Shown in pieces: positions 9,554-17,462 of a stretch of 24,000 bases of DNA. Made by a program: the position numbers and the translations under genes. The stretch spans positions 724,662-748,661 of the forward strand of contig CP009217.2 in assembly GCA_000746585.2 (NCBI GenBank). The letters run 5' to 3'. Numbering within the stretch: the first letter of the stretch is position 1; each line of letters begins with the position of its first letter. Below the pieces are notes generated by a model, which had not been told where the DNA came from, ran no database searches, and saw only the letters and a list, made by a program, of their open reading frames with translations. Source of the DNA: Rickettsiales bacterium Ac37b (lineage in GTDB: Bacteria; Pseudomonadota; Alphaproteobacteria; Rickettsiales; Arcanibacteraceae).

Positions 9554-10372
9554 ATGTTTACATTACCACTTCTAAGTACAATCGCACTTACTCCTTTTTT
9601 TATTTCCTCAACTAATGCACATGGATATAGTTCAAACCCCATAGCACGTCAAACTAAATGTTTTGAAGATGGTGGATTTAACTACCCGCCTGATGGAAGT
9701 GCTATTCCAAATGACGCATGTCGCGAAGCTTTCAAAAAGAGTGGTGTATACCAATTTACTCAGAAACAAGAATTTAGTATGAATGTAGAAAATTATCATG
9801 ACATTAACAGTGTTAAAGAAAAAATCTCCGATGGTAATTTGTGTAGTGCAGGAGATATGAAGAAATCTGGTATGAATGTTGTTTCAGATACATGGTATAA
9901 AAACGATATTAATGTTGATAAGGACGGACATTTTGAAATCAATCTACAATTCTGCGCTACAGCAACACATAATCCTAGTTATTGGGAAGTTTATCTTTCT
10001 AAAGAAGATTATAACTCTGGTATCCACCCCCTTAATTGGGATAATTTAGTATTAATTAAAACTATAACTGATATAAAGGCTAAAGATGGTAAAATTCCAC
10101 ACTGTGAAACAAGCCAGTATTATGAGTTTGCCGTAGATAATTTAGATTATCCTATATTAGATTCTCATGAAAATGCTATTTTATATTTAAGATGGCAGCG
10201 TGTTGATCCTGCAGGAGAAGGTTTTTATAATTGCCTTGACGTTAATTTTAAAAAAGATACACCTCCTACCCCACCAAGTGATATAACTATTAAACTTACA
10301 AATGAACAAATTGTAGATTTACAAGGTAAATTATGCAATAATTATGACCATCCAGTACATAACGAACTTTAA
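9554..10372 (+). CDS. Secreted AA10-type lytic polysaccharide monooxygenase / chitin-binding protein
   Basis: 272-aa ORF. The signal peptide ends in STNA and is followed directly by HGY, so His would be residue 1 of the mature protein. It is colinear with Serratia CBP21: ATATHNPSYWEVYLSK matches LTARHSTTSWRYFITK (second His of the copper histidine brace), and ILYLRWQRVDPAGEGFYNCLDVNF matches [28 protein letters not shown] SD lies 6-7 nt upstream of the ATG. Confidence 0.78.
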   Translation: MFTLPLLSTIALTPFFISSTNAHGYSSNPIARQTKCFEDGGFNYPPDGSAIPNDACREAFKKSGVYQFTQKQEFSMNVENYHDINSVKEKISDGNLCSAGDMKKSGMNVVSDTWYKNDINVDKDGHFEINLQFCATATHNPSYWEVYLSKEDYNSGIHPLNWDNLVLIKTITDIKAKDGKIPHCETSQYYEFAVDNLDYPILDSHENAILYLRWQRVDPAGEGFYNCLDVNFKKDTPPTPPSDITIKLTNEQIVDLQGKLCNNYDHPVHNEL

Positions 10373-10378
10373 TTTTTG

Positions 10379-10414
10379 TCCCTGGTTTAGTACATTTATC
10401 TCCTAAATCAGGGA
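10379..10414 (+). terminator. Stem-loop just after the LPMO stop (possible terminator)
   Basis: TCCCTGGTTTAG (10379-10390) pairs with CTAAATCAGGGA (10403-10414). This gives 12 bp including one G-U, with a 12-nt loop. No U tract follows, so termination is uncertain. Confidence 0.4.
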
Positions 10415-10432
10415 AATTGCTTTGATCAATAA

Positions 10433-10470
10433 ATACATGTTTTATAAATTTCAATTTATAAAACATGTAT
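10433..10470 (-). terminator. Perfect 17-bp inverted repeat enclosing the GGDEF gene stop codon (probable terminator)
   Basis: ATACATGTTTTATAAAT (10433-10449) and ATTTATAAAACATGTAT (10454-10470) are exact reverse complements. The 4-nt loop TTCA contains the TGA stop (10451-10453, minus strand). On the minus strand the stem is followed by TTTATT. Confidence 0.5.
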
Positions 10471-11419
10471 AATCATCTGTTATTGACACCTGATTACGCC
10501 CCGTAGCTTTTGCCTTATATAACCTCTTATCAGCTAATTTATATAAATCCATTAGGGTAGTAGATGAAATAGATGATGTAGAAGCAACACCTATTGATAC
10601 TGTACAATTAATTGCAAAATTATATTCTTGTAATACAAAAGTAGACTCGTTAATCAAATTGCGCAAACGTTGCGCTACTTCTTCTGCTTTAACTAATTCT
10701 GTATCAGGTAAATATATTCCAAATTCTTCTCCCCCGAGTCTAGCTGCTATATCTGTCGCTCTTATACAGCTTCTTATTTTATCAGCTACCCCTTGTAGAA
10801 TCTGGTCACCTACATAATGCCCATATTGATCATTAATTCGTTTAAAATAATCTAAATCAATCAATAATATAGATACACTCCTGACATTACCTTTTATTTC
10901 TATATCTAAATGCTCAAAAAAACACCTTCTATTAGCCAAATTTGTAAGAGGGTCCGTATATGCTTGTTTCAATAACTTTTCCTTATAGGTAGTTTCAGCT
11001 TTCACTCTCGATGTGATATCTCTTAAACAACCTATAACCCCTATCAAATTATTGTCTTGATCATACCATGGATATGTAACATCCGATATCCATATAATAC
11101 TTTCATCCTTCCGACGTATTAAATAATCAGCTTCCCATTTTTCAAAGTTTTTACATCTATTTTGCACAGCTACGTCTAGTTCTTTAAGATCTATATCTAT
11201 CATTTGATCTTTAGCAATAAGACGTGCCTTTATTATAAGTGGCCTTAGGCCTGTTAATATAATCTCTTCAACTGTATATCCTAATAGGTTTAATACTTCT
11301 GGACTTATATCAACATATAATAATTCAGCATAAGAAAACTTATAATGTGTATCAAAATTACATATCATCTTATTTTTCTTATATTCAATTATGGGTTTCA
11401 ATATATTCATATTTGCCAT
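10451..11419 (-). CDS. PAS-domain diguanylate cyclase (GGDEF)
   Basis: 322-aa ORF. The N-terminal PAS-like region reads WEADYLIRRKDESIIWISDVTYPWYD..GVIGCLRDITSRV. The GGDEF domain has YTDPLTNLANRR, LIDLDYFKRINDQYGH and the active site RLGGEEFG. An RATD (RxxD) I-site lies five residues upstream of GGEEF. Confidence 0.88.
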   Translation of the reverse strand: MANMNILKPIIEYKKNKMICNFDTHYKFSYAELLYVDISPEVLNLLGYTVEEIILTGLRPLIIKARLIAKDQMIDIDLKELDVAVQNRCKNFEKWEADYLIRRKDESIIWISDVTYPWYDQDNNLIGVIGCLRDITSRVKAETTYKEKLLKQAYTDPLTNLANRRCFFEHLDIEIKGNVRSVSILLIDLDYFKRINDQYGHYVGDQILQGVADKIRSCIRATDIAARLGGEEFGIYLPDTELVKAEEVAQRLRNLINESTFVLQEYNFAINCTVSIGVASTSSISSTTLMDLYKLADKRLYKAKATGRNQVSITDDYTCFIN

Positions 11420-11603
11420 TCACATTTAGCATATAACGTATAAATCAATATATTGCTAGTAAAATTTAATCAAATATTTACTTATATAACCTTGTAAACC
11501 TATTATTTAATATTATAATGTATTTTAAATATTATCTACATAAAAAATATTTTCTTTTTCAACTTTTCTATGTAAAAACAAATTTTGGAATTATTGGTAA
11601 AAT

Positions 11604-12614
11604 CTACAAAATTATATCTTGTTCTTCTAAAGATACTAATTGCTTATATACCAACCGTAATATGTTTTCTATTCCGTGACCTGTAGCGCCTGATAATATA
11701 TATATTTCTTGTCCGGTCATTTCTCTTAAAATATTTCTTTTATTATACAATTCTTCTTTACTGAGTGCATCACTTTTATTTAATACTATAAATTCTTTTT
11801 TACCTATTAATGTGTTATCATAGTTCTTAAGCTCATTTCGTATAGTAGTGTAATCTTGAGTAACGTCTACATTTGTACTATCTATTAAATGAAGTAAAAC
11901 TCTACATCTTTCTATATGTTTTAAAAATCTGTGTCCTAGTCCAGCACCAAGTGATGCATTTTCTATTAGTCCCGGAATATCCGCTACTACAAATTCATGC
12001 TCATCTATATATACAACACCAAGCTGAGGTTTAAGCGTAGTAAACGGATAATCGGCAATCTTTGGTTTTGCTGCTGAAATACGTGAAAGAAGCGTTGATT
12101 TACCAGCATTAGGCAAGCCCACCAACCCTACATCTGCAAGCAATTTTAATTTTAACCATACCCATAATTCTTCCCCTTCAAAACCAGGCAGAGATTTTTT
12201 AGGTGCTCTATTAATAGAACTCTTATAATATGCATTACCTACACCCCCATTGCCTCCTTTAACCAACACCACTTCTTGTCCTACTTTGTTACAATCAGCA
12301 ATTAATATTTCATTTTCAGCATCAAAAACTTGCGTACCTACAGGTACATTCAATATCATAGTAGGAGTAGATAAACCACTTCTGTTGCTACCTTTACCAT
12401 GTCCCCCATTACGAGCTTTAAAATGTTGCTTATAACGAAAATCAATTAAGGTATTAAGTCCAGACACAGCACGTAATATTATATCACCGCCCTTACCTCC
12501 ATTCCCTCCATCTGGCCCTCCAAAAGGAATATTTTTTTCACGTCGGAAACTAACACATCCAGCACCTCCATCACCAGCTTTTACGTATATTTTTACTTCA
12601 TCTAAGAATTGCAT
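11604..12614 (-). CDS. obg: GTPase Obg/CgtA
   Basis: 336-aa ORF with the Obg glycine-rich fold (MQFLDEVKIYVKAGDGGAGCVSFRREK, GGPDGGNGGKGGD). G1 is GLPNAGKST, G3 is DIPG and G4 is NKSD. Confidence 0.95.
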   Translation of the reverse strand: MQFLDEVKIYVKAGDGGAGCVSFRREKNIPFGGPDGGNGGKGGDIILRAVSGLNTLIDFRYKQHFKARNGGHGKGSNRSGLSTPTMILNVPVGTQVFDAENEILIADCNKVGQEVVLVKGGNGGVGNAYYKSSINRAPKKSLPGFEGEELWVWLKLKLLADVGLVGLPNAGKSTLLSRISAAKPKIADYPFTTLKPQLGVVYIDEHEFVVADIPGLIENASLGAGLGHRFLKHIERCRVLLHLIDSTNVDVTQDYTTIRNELKNYDNTLIGKKEFIVLNKSDALSKEELYNKRNILREMTGQEIYILSGATGHGIENILRLVYKQLVSLEEQDIIL

Positions 12615-12715
12615 AATTTTTATACTCGAATATATTATTTTATTCTTTATAGTTTTTTGATTTGAATTAGCATATGTGTTTCTTCCTACTTACCGATGGT
12701 TCTTAGCACCGAATG

Positions 12716-14008
12716 TTAAATCCAATCCTTGGGTAATATTTCTGCTTTTATTTTAGAAATTTGGTTATAATATTTTTCTATAATTGTAAACCTAATTCCA
12801 TACAATTCACACATCTCCCCTACTTCAGGTACTATTTCGGTATCATACATAATAAGCCCTGCTAATGTACTTACTTGCTCGTCAGGTAATTTCCAACCCA
12901 GCTCTCTATTAATATCCCTTATAGTCACTTCTCCTTCAATTATATAGGTAGTAGGGGATAATATTTTTATACCTTGAGATACAGTATCATGCTCATCCTC
13001 TATTTGACCCACAATCTCTTCCAATATATCTTCTAACGTCACTACTCCTAATAAATCACTATATTCATCTATAACTAAAGCAAAATGATTACGACGCTTA
13101 CGGAATTCATGCAACTGGGTAGCCAATGAAGTGTTTTCTAGAACAAACCAAGGAGGTGTTATAATAGAATTTAAGTCCTCCTGGTCTAAAATACCCTTAT
13201 TATGACGTAATATCCTTACCAAATCCCGCAAATGCAAAACTGATACTATATTATCTGGATCATCTTTCCAGAGAGGTATACGTGTATAAGTGCTACCTAA
13301 CGCCTGGTCTATTATCTCTTCTATAGATAAATTTATATCTATCGTAAATAATTTTTTTCTATGTATCATCACACTACTTACTGTAGTTTCTGATAAATCT
13401 AATATACTATCCAGCATATCACGCTCTGTTTTTACCACAGACCCTTTATGATGATGTAAATCAATTGCTCCTCTTAATTCCTCTGTCCCAGAAATCATTG
13501 GATAAGTAGATTTATAACGTATACTGGAAGGTAGTAATAAGTTAATAATAATTTGTATAGACGAAGCTACAGGAGATAATATTTTCATTAACAATCTCAC
13601 TACAGGTGCTGCAAAAAATGCCGTTTTCTCTGGGTATAAAAATGCATAGCTTTTGGGTAGCACTTCACCAAACATAAATATTACAATTGTCATCAAAAAG
13701 CTTGCATATATAATAGTACTTTCTTTATTACCTAATATAGTGATCATGAAAGTGGTACATAAAGCAGCAGCGCAAGTGTTACTTGCACTATTACTTAACA
13801 ATAATGTACTAATAAACCTTTCTTTATTGGCATGAATATCGCTAACCATAATTGCTTTTTTATGGCCTGACATTTTTAATTTATGCAAAGTAGCTTGAGA
13901 TATACTAGTAATAGAAGTTTCAGCTGCAGAAAAAAACGCAGATATAATTATTAATCCCACTATACTTAAAACAACTATTACCAAATCTATCATAACTCTT
14001 ACTAACAA
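12716..14008 (-). CDS. tlyC: DUF21/CNNM-CBS-CorC_HlyC family membrane protein (hemolysin C / TlyC-like)
   Basis: 430-aa ORF. The N-terminal 4-TM DUF21 region contains SAAETS. A CBS pair follows, then the C-terminal transporter-associated domain (GLIMYDTEIVPEVGE..YGIRFTI). Confidence 0.82.
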   Translation of the reverse strand: MLVRVMIDLVIVVLSIVGLIIISAFFSAAETSITSISQATLHKLKMSGHKKAIMVSDIHANKERFISTLLLSNSASNTCAAALCTTFMITILGNKESTIIYASFLMTIVIFMFGEVLPKSYAFLYPEKTAFFAAPVVRLLMKILSPVASSIQIIINLLLPSSIRYKSTYPMISGTEELRGAIDLHHHKGSVVKTERDMLDSILDLSETTVSSVMIHRKKLFTIDINLSIEEIIDQALGSTYTRIPLWKDDPDNIVSVLHLRDLVRILRHNKGILDQEDLNSIITPPWFVLENTSLATQLHEFRKRRNHFALVIDEYSDLLGVVTLEDILEEIVGQIEDEHDTVSQGIKILSPTTYIIEGEVTIRDINRELGWKLPDEQVSTLAGLIMYDTEIVPEVGEMCELYGIRFTIIEKYYNQISKIKAEILPKDWI

Positions 14009-14012
14009 AAGT

Positions 14013-14552
14013 TTAGCGTGGTATACTTGTACATATACTTGCTAGTTCCTCAATTATAGTATCTACTATCACATTATGTGACATATCGCTACTAGTAATT
14101 GTAATATCAGCTTCAGCATATATAGGATATAATTCTTCTATTAACTCTTTTAATATAACGGCTTTATTACCACGCTCCAGTAGCGGTCTAGTTTTTTTAC
14201 GTGATACTCTCTCGTATAATATATCAAACTCTACTTTTAACCACACTGAAATAGAATACTCCTTAATTAACTTTCTATTCTCTTCTATAGCAAAGCTCTT
14301 TCCTCCTGTTGAAAGTATAACAACCTTATTTAACCATTCTTTTATCAGCTGAGTTTCTAATTTGATAAAATACTCTTCTCCTTGATATTTAAATATATCA
14401 GCAATTGAACATCCTGCTTTCTTTGCTACTTCAGCATCTGTATCAATAAAAGGTAATTGTAATTTTTGTGCCAATTTCATACCTATAGTAGTTTTACCTG
14501 CTCCCATTACCCCAATTAAAACTATAGGTTTTTTAATTAACTCTGTATCCAT
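14013..14552 (-). CDS. aroK: Shikimate kinase-like P-loop kinase (AroK family; substrate-site residues diverged)
   Basis: The 179-aa ORF is colinear with E. coli AroK and M. tuberculosis SK: P-loop GVMGAGKTTIG, DTD, and LID segment KKTRPLL. The FRxxE, GGG and RxPLY positions instead read FIKLE, GGK and LYPIY (see findings). Confidence 0.75.
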   Translation of the reverse strand: MDTELIKKPIVLIGVMGAGKTTIGMKLAQKLQLPFIDTDAEVAKKAGCSIADIFKYQGEEYFIKLETQLIKEWLNKVVILSTGGKSFAIEENRKLIKEYSISVWLKVEFDILYERVSRKKTRPLLERGNKAVILKELIEELYPIYAEADITITSSDMSHNVIVDTIIEELASICTSIPR

Positions 14553-14733
14553 ATTATACTCATTGCAATAAACTTTGTATATTACATATTAAAGATACAC
14601 ATTATGATATTTATATATCAAATATGTTAATATATTAACCATTATAAAGTATAAAATATTACCTATAACTTGTTAAAACATAAATACATAATATACCATA
14701 GTCAAATATAAATATATAATGTATATTAGGTAA

Positions 14734-15735
14734 ATGCTTTTGAGAAAATTTAAAATAAGCTTATATTTACTTCAATTTATCGATATAATGAACCATCATC
14801 ACCTTGAATTATTCTTAGAAATGCTAATTACAGAGCGTGCAGCGACTCAAAACACTATAAGCTCATATAGCAATGACCTTTCATCTTTTTTTAGTTTTCT
14901 TGCCCTACATAATAAAAATTGTTTACAATGTGACATAGCTACATTGCGTCATTATATTTCTTCTCTTTCAAGCTATAATAAATCTACTATTTTACGTAAA
15001 ATTTCTACGCTAAAACAATTTTATAAATTCTTATATTCAGAACAGCTTATATTTAGTAATCCTGCATTGCTACTTGATTCTCCAAGAAAAGGAAGATCTT
15101 TACCCAAAGTGCTTTCTGTAAAAGAAATTGAATTATTAATTAATATATCAAAACTTGATTTATCAAGTGAAGGTACAAGACTCACTGCAATGCTTGAAAC
15201 ACTATATGCCACAGGATTACGCGTGTCAGAGCTCATCTCGTTAAAACTTAATAATTTACAATTTTTCTCATCTTCCAGTTCTCAGATTGCTGAACAAACT
15301 ATAATTGTGAATGGCAAGGGTAATAAAGAAAGGCTCACCATAATTAATAATAATGCAGCTATGGCTATTAATAACTATCTTAATATACGCCATAAATTTA
15401 TACCTAACATTAATAAATTTAATAACTATCTTTTTCCATCTAATTCCAAAACAGGATATATAACCAGACAACGCTTTGGTCAGTTAATAAAGCAACTTGC
15501 TCTACAAGCCAATATGGATCCAAAACGAGTTTCTCCACATGTATTGCGCCATTCATTTGCAAGTCATATTTTAGAACAAGGGGCAGATTTACGCTTTATT
15601 CAAGAATTACTTGGCCATGCAGATATTAGTTCTACTCAGATCTATACACATATTCAGCCAAACAAACTTAAGTCCACTGTAGAAAAATTATTACCTTTGA
15701 TTATCTCATCCAAACATAAAAAGACCCCTGCATAA
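14734..15735 (+). CDS. xerD: Tyrosine recombinase XerD
   Basis: Strong XerD-type blocks: MLETLYATGLRVSELISL, GKGNKERL, LFPS..G.ITRQRF, and HVLRHSFASHILEQGADLRFIQELLGHADISSTQIYTH (R..HxxR..Y catalytic set). The start may instead be the ATG at 14788 (MNHHHLELFLEML). Confidence 0.87.
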   Translation: MLLRKFKISLYLLQFIDIMNHHHLELFLEMLITERAATQNTISSYSNDLSSFFSFLALHNKNCLQCDIATLRHYISSLSSYNKSTILRKISTLKQFYKFLYSEQLIFSNPALLLDSPRKGRSLPKVLSVKEIELLINISKLDLSSEGTRLTAMLETLYATGLRVSELISLKLNNLQFFSSSSSQIAEQTIIVNGKGNKERLTIINNNAAMAINNYLNIRHKFIPNINKFNNYLFPSNSKTGYITRQRFGQLIKQLALQANMDPKRVSPHVLRHSFASHILEQGADLRFIQELLGHADISSTQIYTHIQPNKLKSTVEKLLPLIISSKHKKTPA

Positions 15736-15748
15736 GAGGCCTTTTTAT

Positions 15749-15763
15749 TCTTAATCATAAGTA
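15749..15763. repeat. Left copy of a perfect 15-bp direct repeat, TCTTAATCATAAGTA
   Basis: The identical 15-mer recurs at 16199-16213, 450 bp away. The flanking bases differ on both sides. Confidence 0.8.
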
Positions 15764-15847
15764 TAGAACTAATAATAACGATTTTTTCTCTACAACTAGT
15801 TATGATTTTTTGTGTTTATATCTACTTAGTTGAAGATTTCTATTTGT

Positions 15848-16150
15848 TTAATAAGAGCTACCACGAGTTTTTTTCTTTGTTCTGAGTTTCCTCACTCTAT
15901 TAGCAGATTGTACTCTTACTAACTTACCTTTTTTATCATCCCATGTATATTGAAATGTAAAGGTCTTCTTTTCTGTTACTACAATATCACCATTAGGTAA
16001 TTGCATAACATCACAGCCTTTCTGTAGCGATTCATTAATCAATACGCTAGCCCTACAAGCGTATCGAACATCATATATCGCACTATCTTCATCTGCACCC
16101 TTAGCTTTATCAGATGCCAAATAATCTCCTATGTCTTTTAACAATTGCAT
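15848..16150 (-). CDS. Hypothetical protein (100 aa, basic C-terminal tail)
   Basis: Open frame with a strong SD (AAAGAGGAAG, 5 nt before the ATG). I recognise no motif. The C-terminus is RVRKLRTKKKTRGSSY. It lies between the two 15-bp direct repeats. Confidence 0.55.
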   Translation of the reverse strand: MQLLKDIGDYLASDKAKGADEDSAIYDVRYACRASVLINESLQKGCDVMQLPNGDIVVTEKKTFTFQYTWDDKKGKLVRVQSANRVRKLRTKKKTRGSSY

Positions 16151-16198
16151 TTTACTTCCTCTTTACTCCCATATTGGTAACTTTATGAACCGATTCTG

Positions 16199-16213
16199 TC
16201 TTAATCATAAGTA
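16199..16213. repeat. Right copy of a perfect 15-bp direct repeat, TCTTAATCATAAGTA
   Basis: Identical to 15749-15763. It lies 49-63 nt upstream of the ATG of the 100-aa ORF. Confidence 0.8.
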
Positions 16214-16541
16214 CCATAAATTACAACGCTTATTAACTTATTAGTGCCATTACATGATACTAAATACAGATATAAACGAATTATGTTTCTACCATATATT
16301 ATAAATGTTAATAAATATATAAACCTCTTTGTAGACATTTGTATTACAAATTGACATATTTACATTTATTAAACTTATTATCTTAACGCATTAAATATCA
16401 TTTAAATATTCTTGTCAAGATATTATAACTTTGTAAAGTCTTTTTAATATAAGAGTTATATAGTAATTCAATCAGCATTTATCAAGTAATTATTTACTAA
16501 TAAACTAATTTTTATTATTGTTTTTTTATTATGAAGTATCT

Positions 16542-17462
16542 TTACAATAAATTTATATAATTCACTGTATTAACTAATTCGTTATAATCAGCATATAAAA
16601 TACGCTTAGCTTCTGGTAATTGATGCTTAAACCAAGTAATTTGCCTTTTAGCATAGTTTCTAGTCTTCTGTTCACCTAACTTAATTAATTCTGATAAATC
16701 TATTGTACCTTCTAGATATTGGATCATTTCAATCATACCTACAGCCTTCTTAACGGCATCTATTTTTATATTTTTTTTAATTAAAACTTTAATTTCTTCT
16801 ATCACACCATTTTCTATCATATTCTTGAAACGTACGTTACAATTATTATATAAGTAGTTTCTATCTGGCATTAATGTTATTTGTATAAATTGATTTTGGT
16901 TATAATACGGAATAATTTTATCTTTTTGCCATTCTATTATAGATTTGCTAGTTTGCTTTATTACCTCAAATGCTCTTATCATACGCTGACTATCTGTATT
17001 TCTAATAATACCTTCCACCTTAGGATCTGCTTTAATTAAAGATTGATAAAAACTCTCAGCACCTACCAAATCATATTGATTTCGTATTTCCTCCCTAAGA
17101 GTTTCGCTAATTTCTGGTATCTCTGATAGACCGTATATTAAACTACGTATATATAGCCCACTACCCCCTACAATTATGGGTAGTTTATTTTTATTAAACA
17201 CATTTTCAATTTCGTTAATAGCCAATTTCAAGAAACTTCCTACTGAACATAGCTTATCTGGTTCTAATATACTATAAAGCCTGTGTTCTTGCTGTAATAA
17301 ATCATCCTTACTTGGCTGCGCCGAAAGAATTGGTATATATTTATATAATTGCAGCGCATCAGCATTAATAATAACTCCATTATATTTTTCCGCTAAATAC
17401 AATGCCAACCTTGATTTACCAGAAGCAGTAGGTCCTGCTATTACAAGTATTTTTAAGCTCAT
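16542..17462 (-). CDS. miaA: tRNA dimethylallyltransferase
   Basis: P-loop GPTASGKS, then IINADALQLYK, SAQPS and QRMIRAFEV. I prefer the ATG at 17462 (MSLKILVIAG), which forms an ATGA overlap with the tsaD stop. The track ORF starts 9 nt upstream at a GTG. Confidence 0.9.
   Translation of the reverse strand: MSLKILVIAGPTASGKSRLALYLAEKYNGVIINADALQLYKYIPILSAQPSKDDLLQQEHRLYSILEPDKLCSVGSFLKLAINEIENVFNKNKLPIIVGGSGLYIRSLIYGLSEIPEISETLREEIRNQYDLVGAESFYQSLIKADPKVEGIIRNTDSQRMIRAFEVIKQTSKSIIEWQKDKIIPYYNQNQFIQITLMPDRNYLYNNCNVRFKNMIENGVIEEIKVLIKKNIKIDAVKKAVGMIEMIQYLEGTIDLSELIKLGEQKTRNYAKRQITWFKHQLPEAKRILYADYNELVNTVNYINLL

Noticed and set aside
9457-9642. 61-aa minus-strand ORF overlapping the LPMO start
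   Set aside because: It overlaps the LPMO signal-peptide codons and promoter region. The translation is an AT-rich run of I, N and Y, and there is no SD.
12250-12435. 61-aa plus-strand ORF
   Set aside because: It is antisense to the glycine-rich Obg fold. The Pro/Leu-rich translation is the mirror of the Gly codons.
13653-13835. 60-aa plus-strand ORF
   Set aside because: It is antisense within the tlyC membrane domain.
15021-15471. Track ORFs 15021..15236 (-) and 15268..15471 (-)
   Set aside because: Both are antisense within xerD, which is supported by recombinase motifs throughout.
14734-15735. The recombinase as a phage or integron integrase marking a mobile island
   Set aside because: Its motifs (LYATGLRVSEL, GKGNKERL, LRHSFASH...LLGH...TQIYTH) are those of chromosomal XerD. 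There is no attI/attC-like structure, no cassette array and no phage gene nearby.
15718-15746. AAAAAGACC...GGCCTTTTT imperfect hairpin after the xerD stop as a terminator
   Set aside because: The 9-bp stem has an internal A/C mismatch, an 11-nt loop and mostly A-U pairs. It is too weak to call.
15749-16213. The 15-bp repeats as dif-like sites of a Xer-exploiting element (IMEX), given the adjacent xerD
   Set aside because: The repeat has only a 4-bp CTTA/TAAG inverted symmetry. It shows no resemblance to the roughly 28-bp XerC-spacer-XerD dif architecture. The adjacency to xerD is probably coincidental. It is kept only as a generic direct-repeat finding.
16152-16217. 21-codon uORF (MVLMIKTESVHKVTNMGVKRK) ending 1 nt before the ATG of the 100-aa ORF
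   Set aside because: It has no SD, and short ORFs arise easily by chance. It is mentioned under the spacer finding but not called as a gene.
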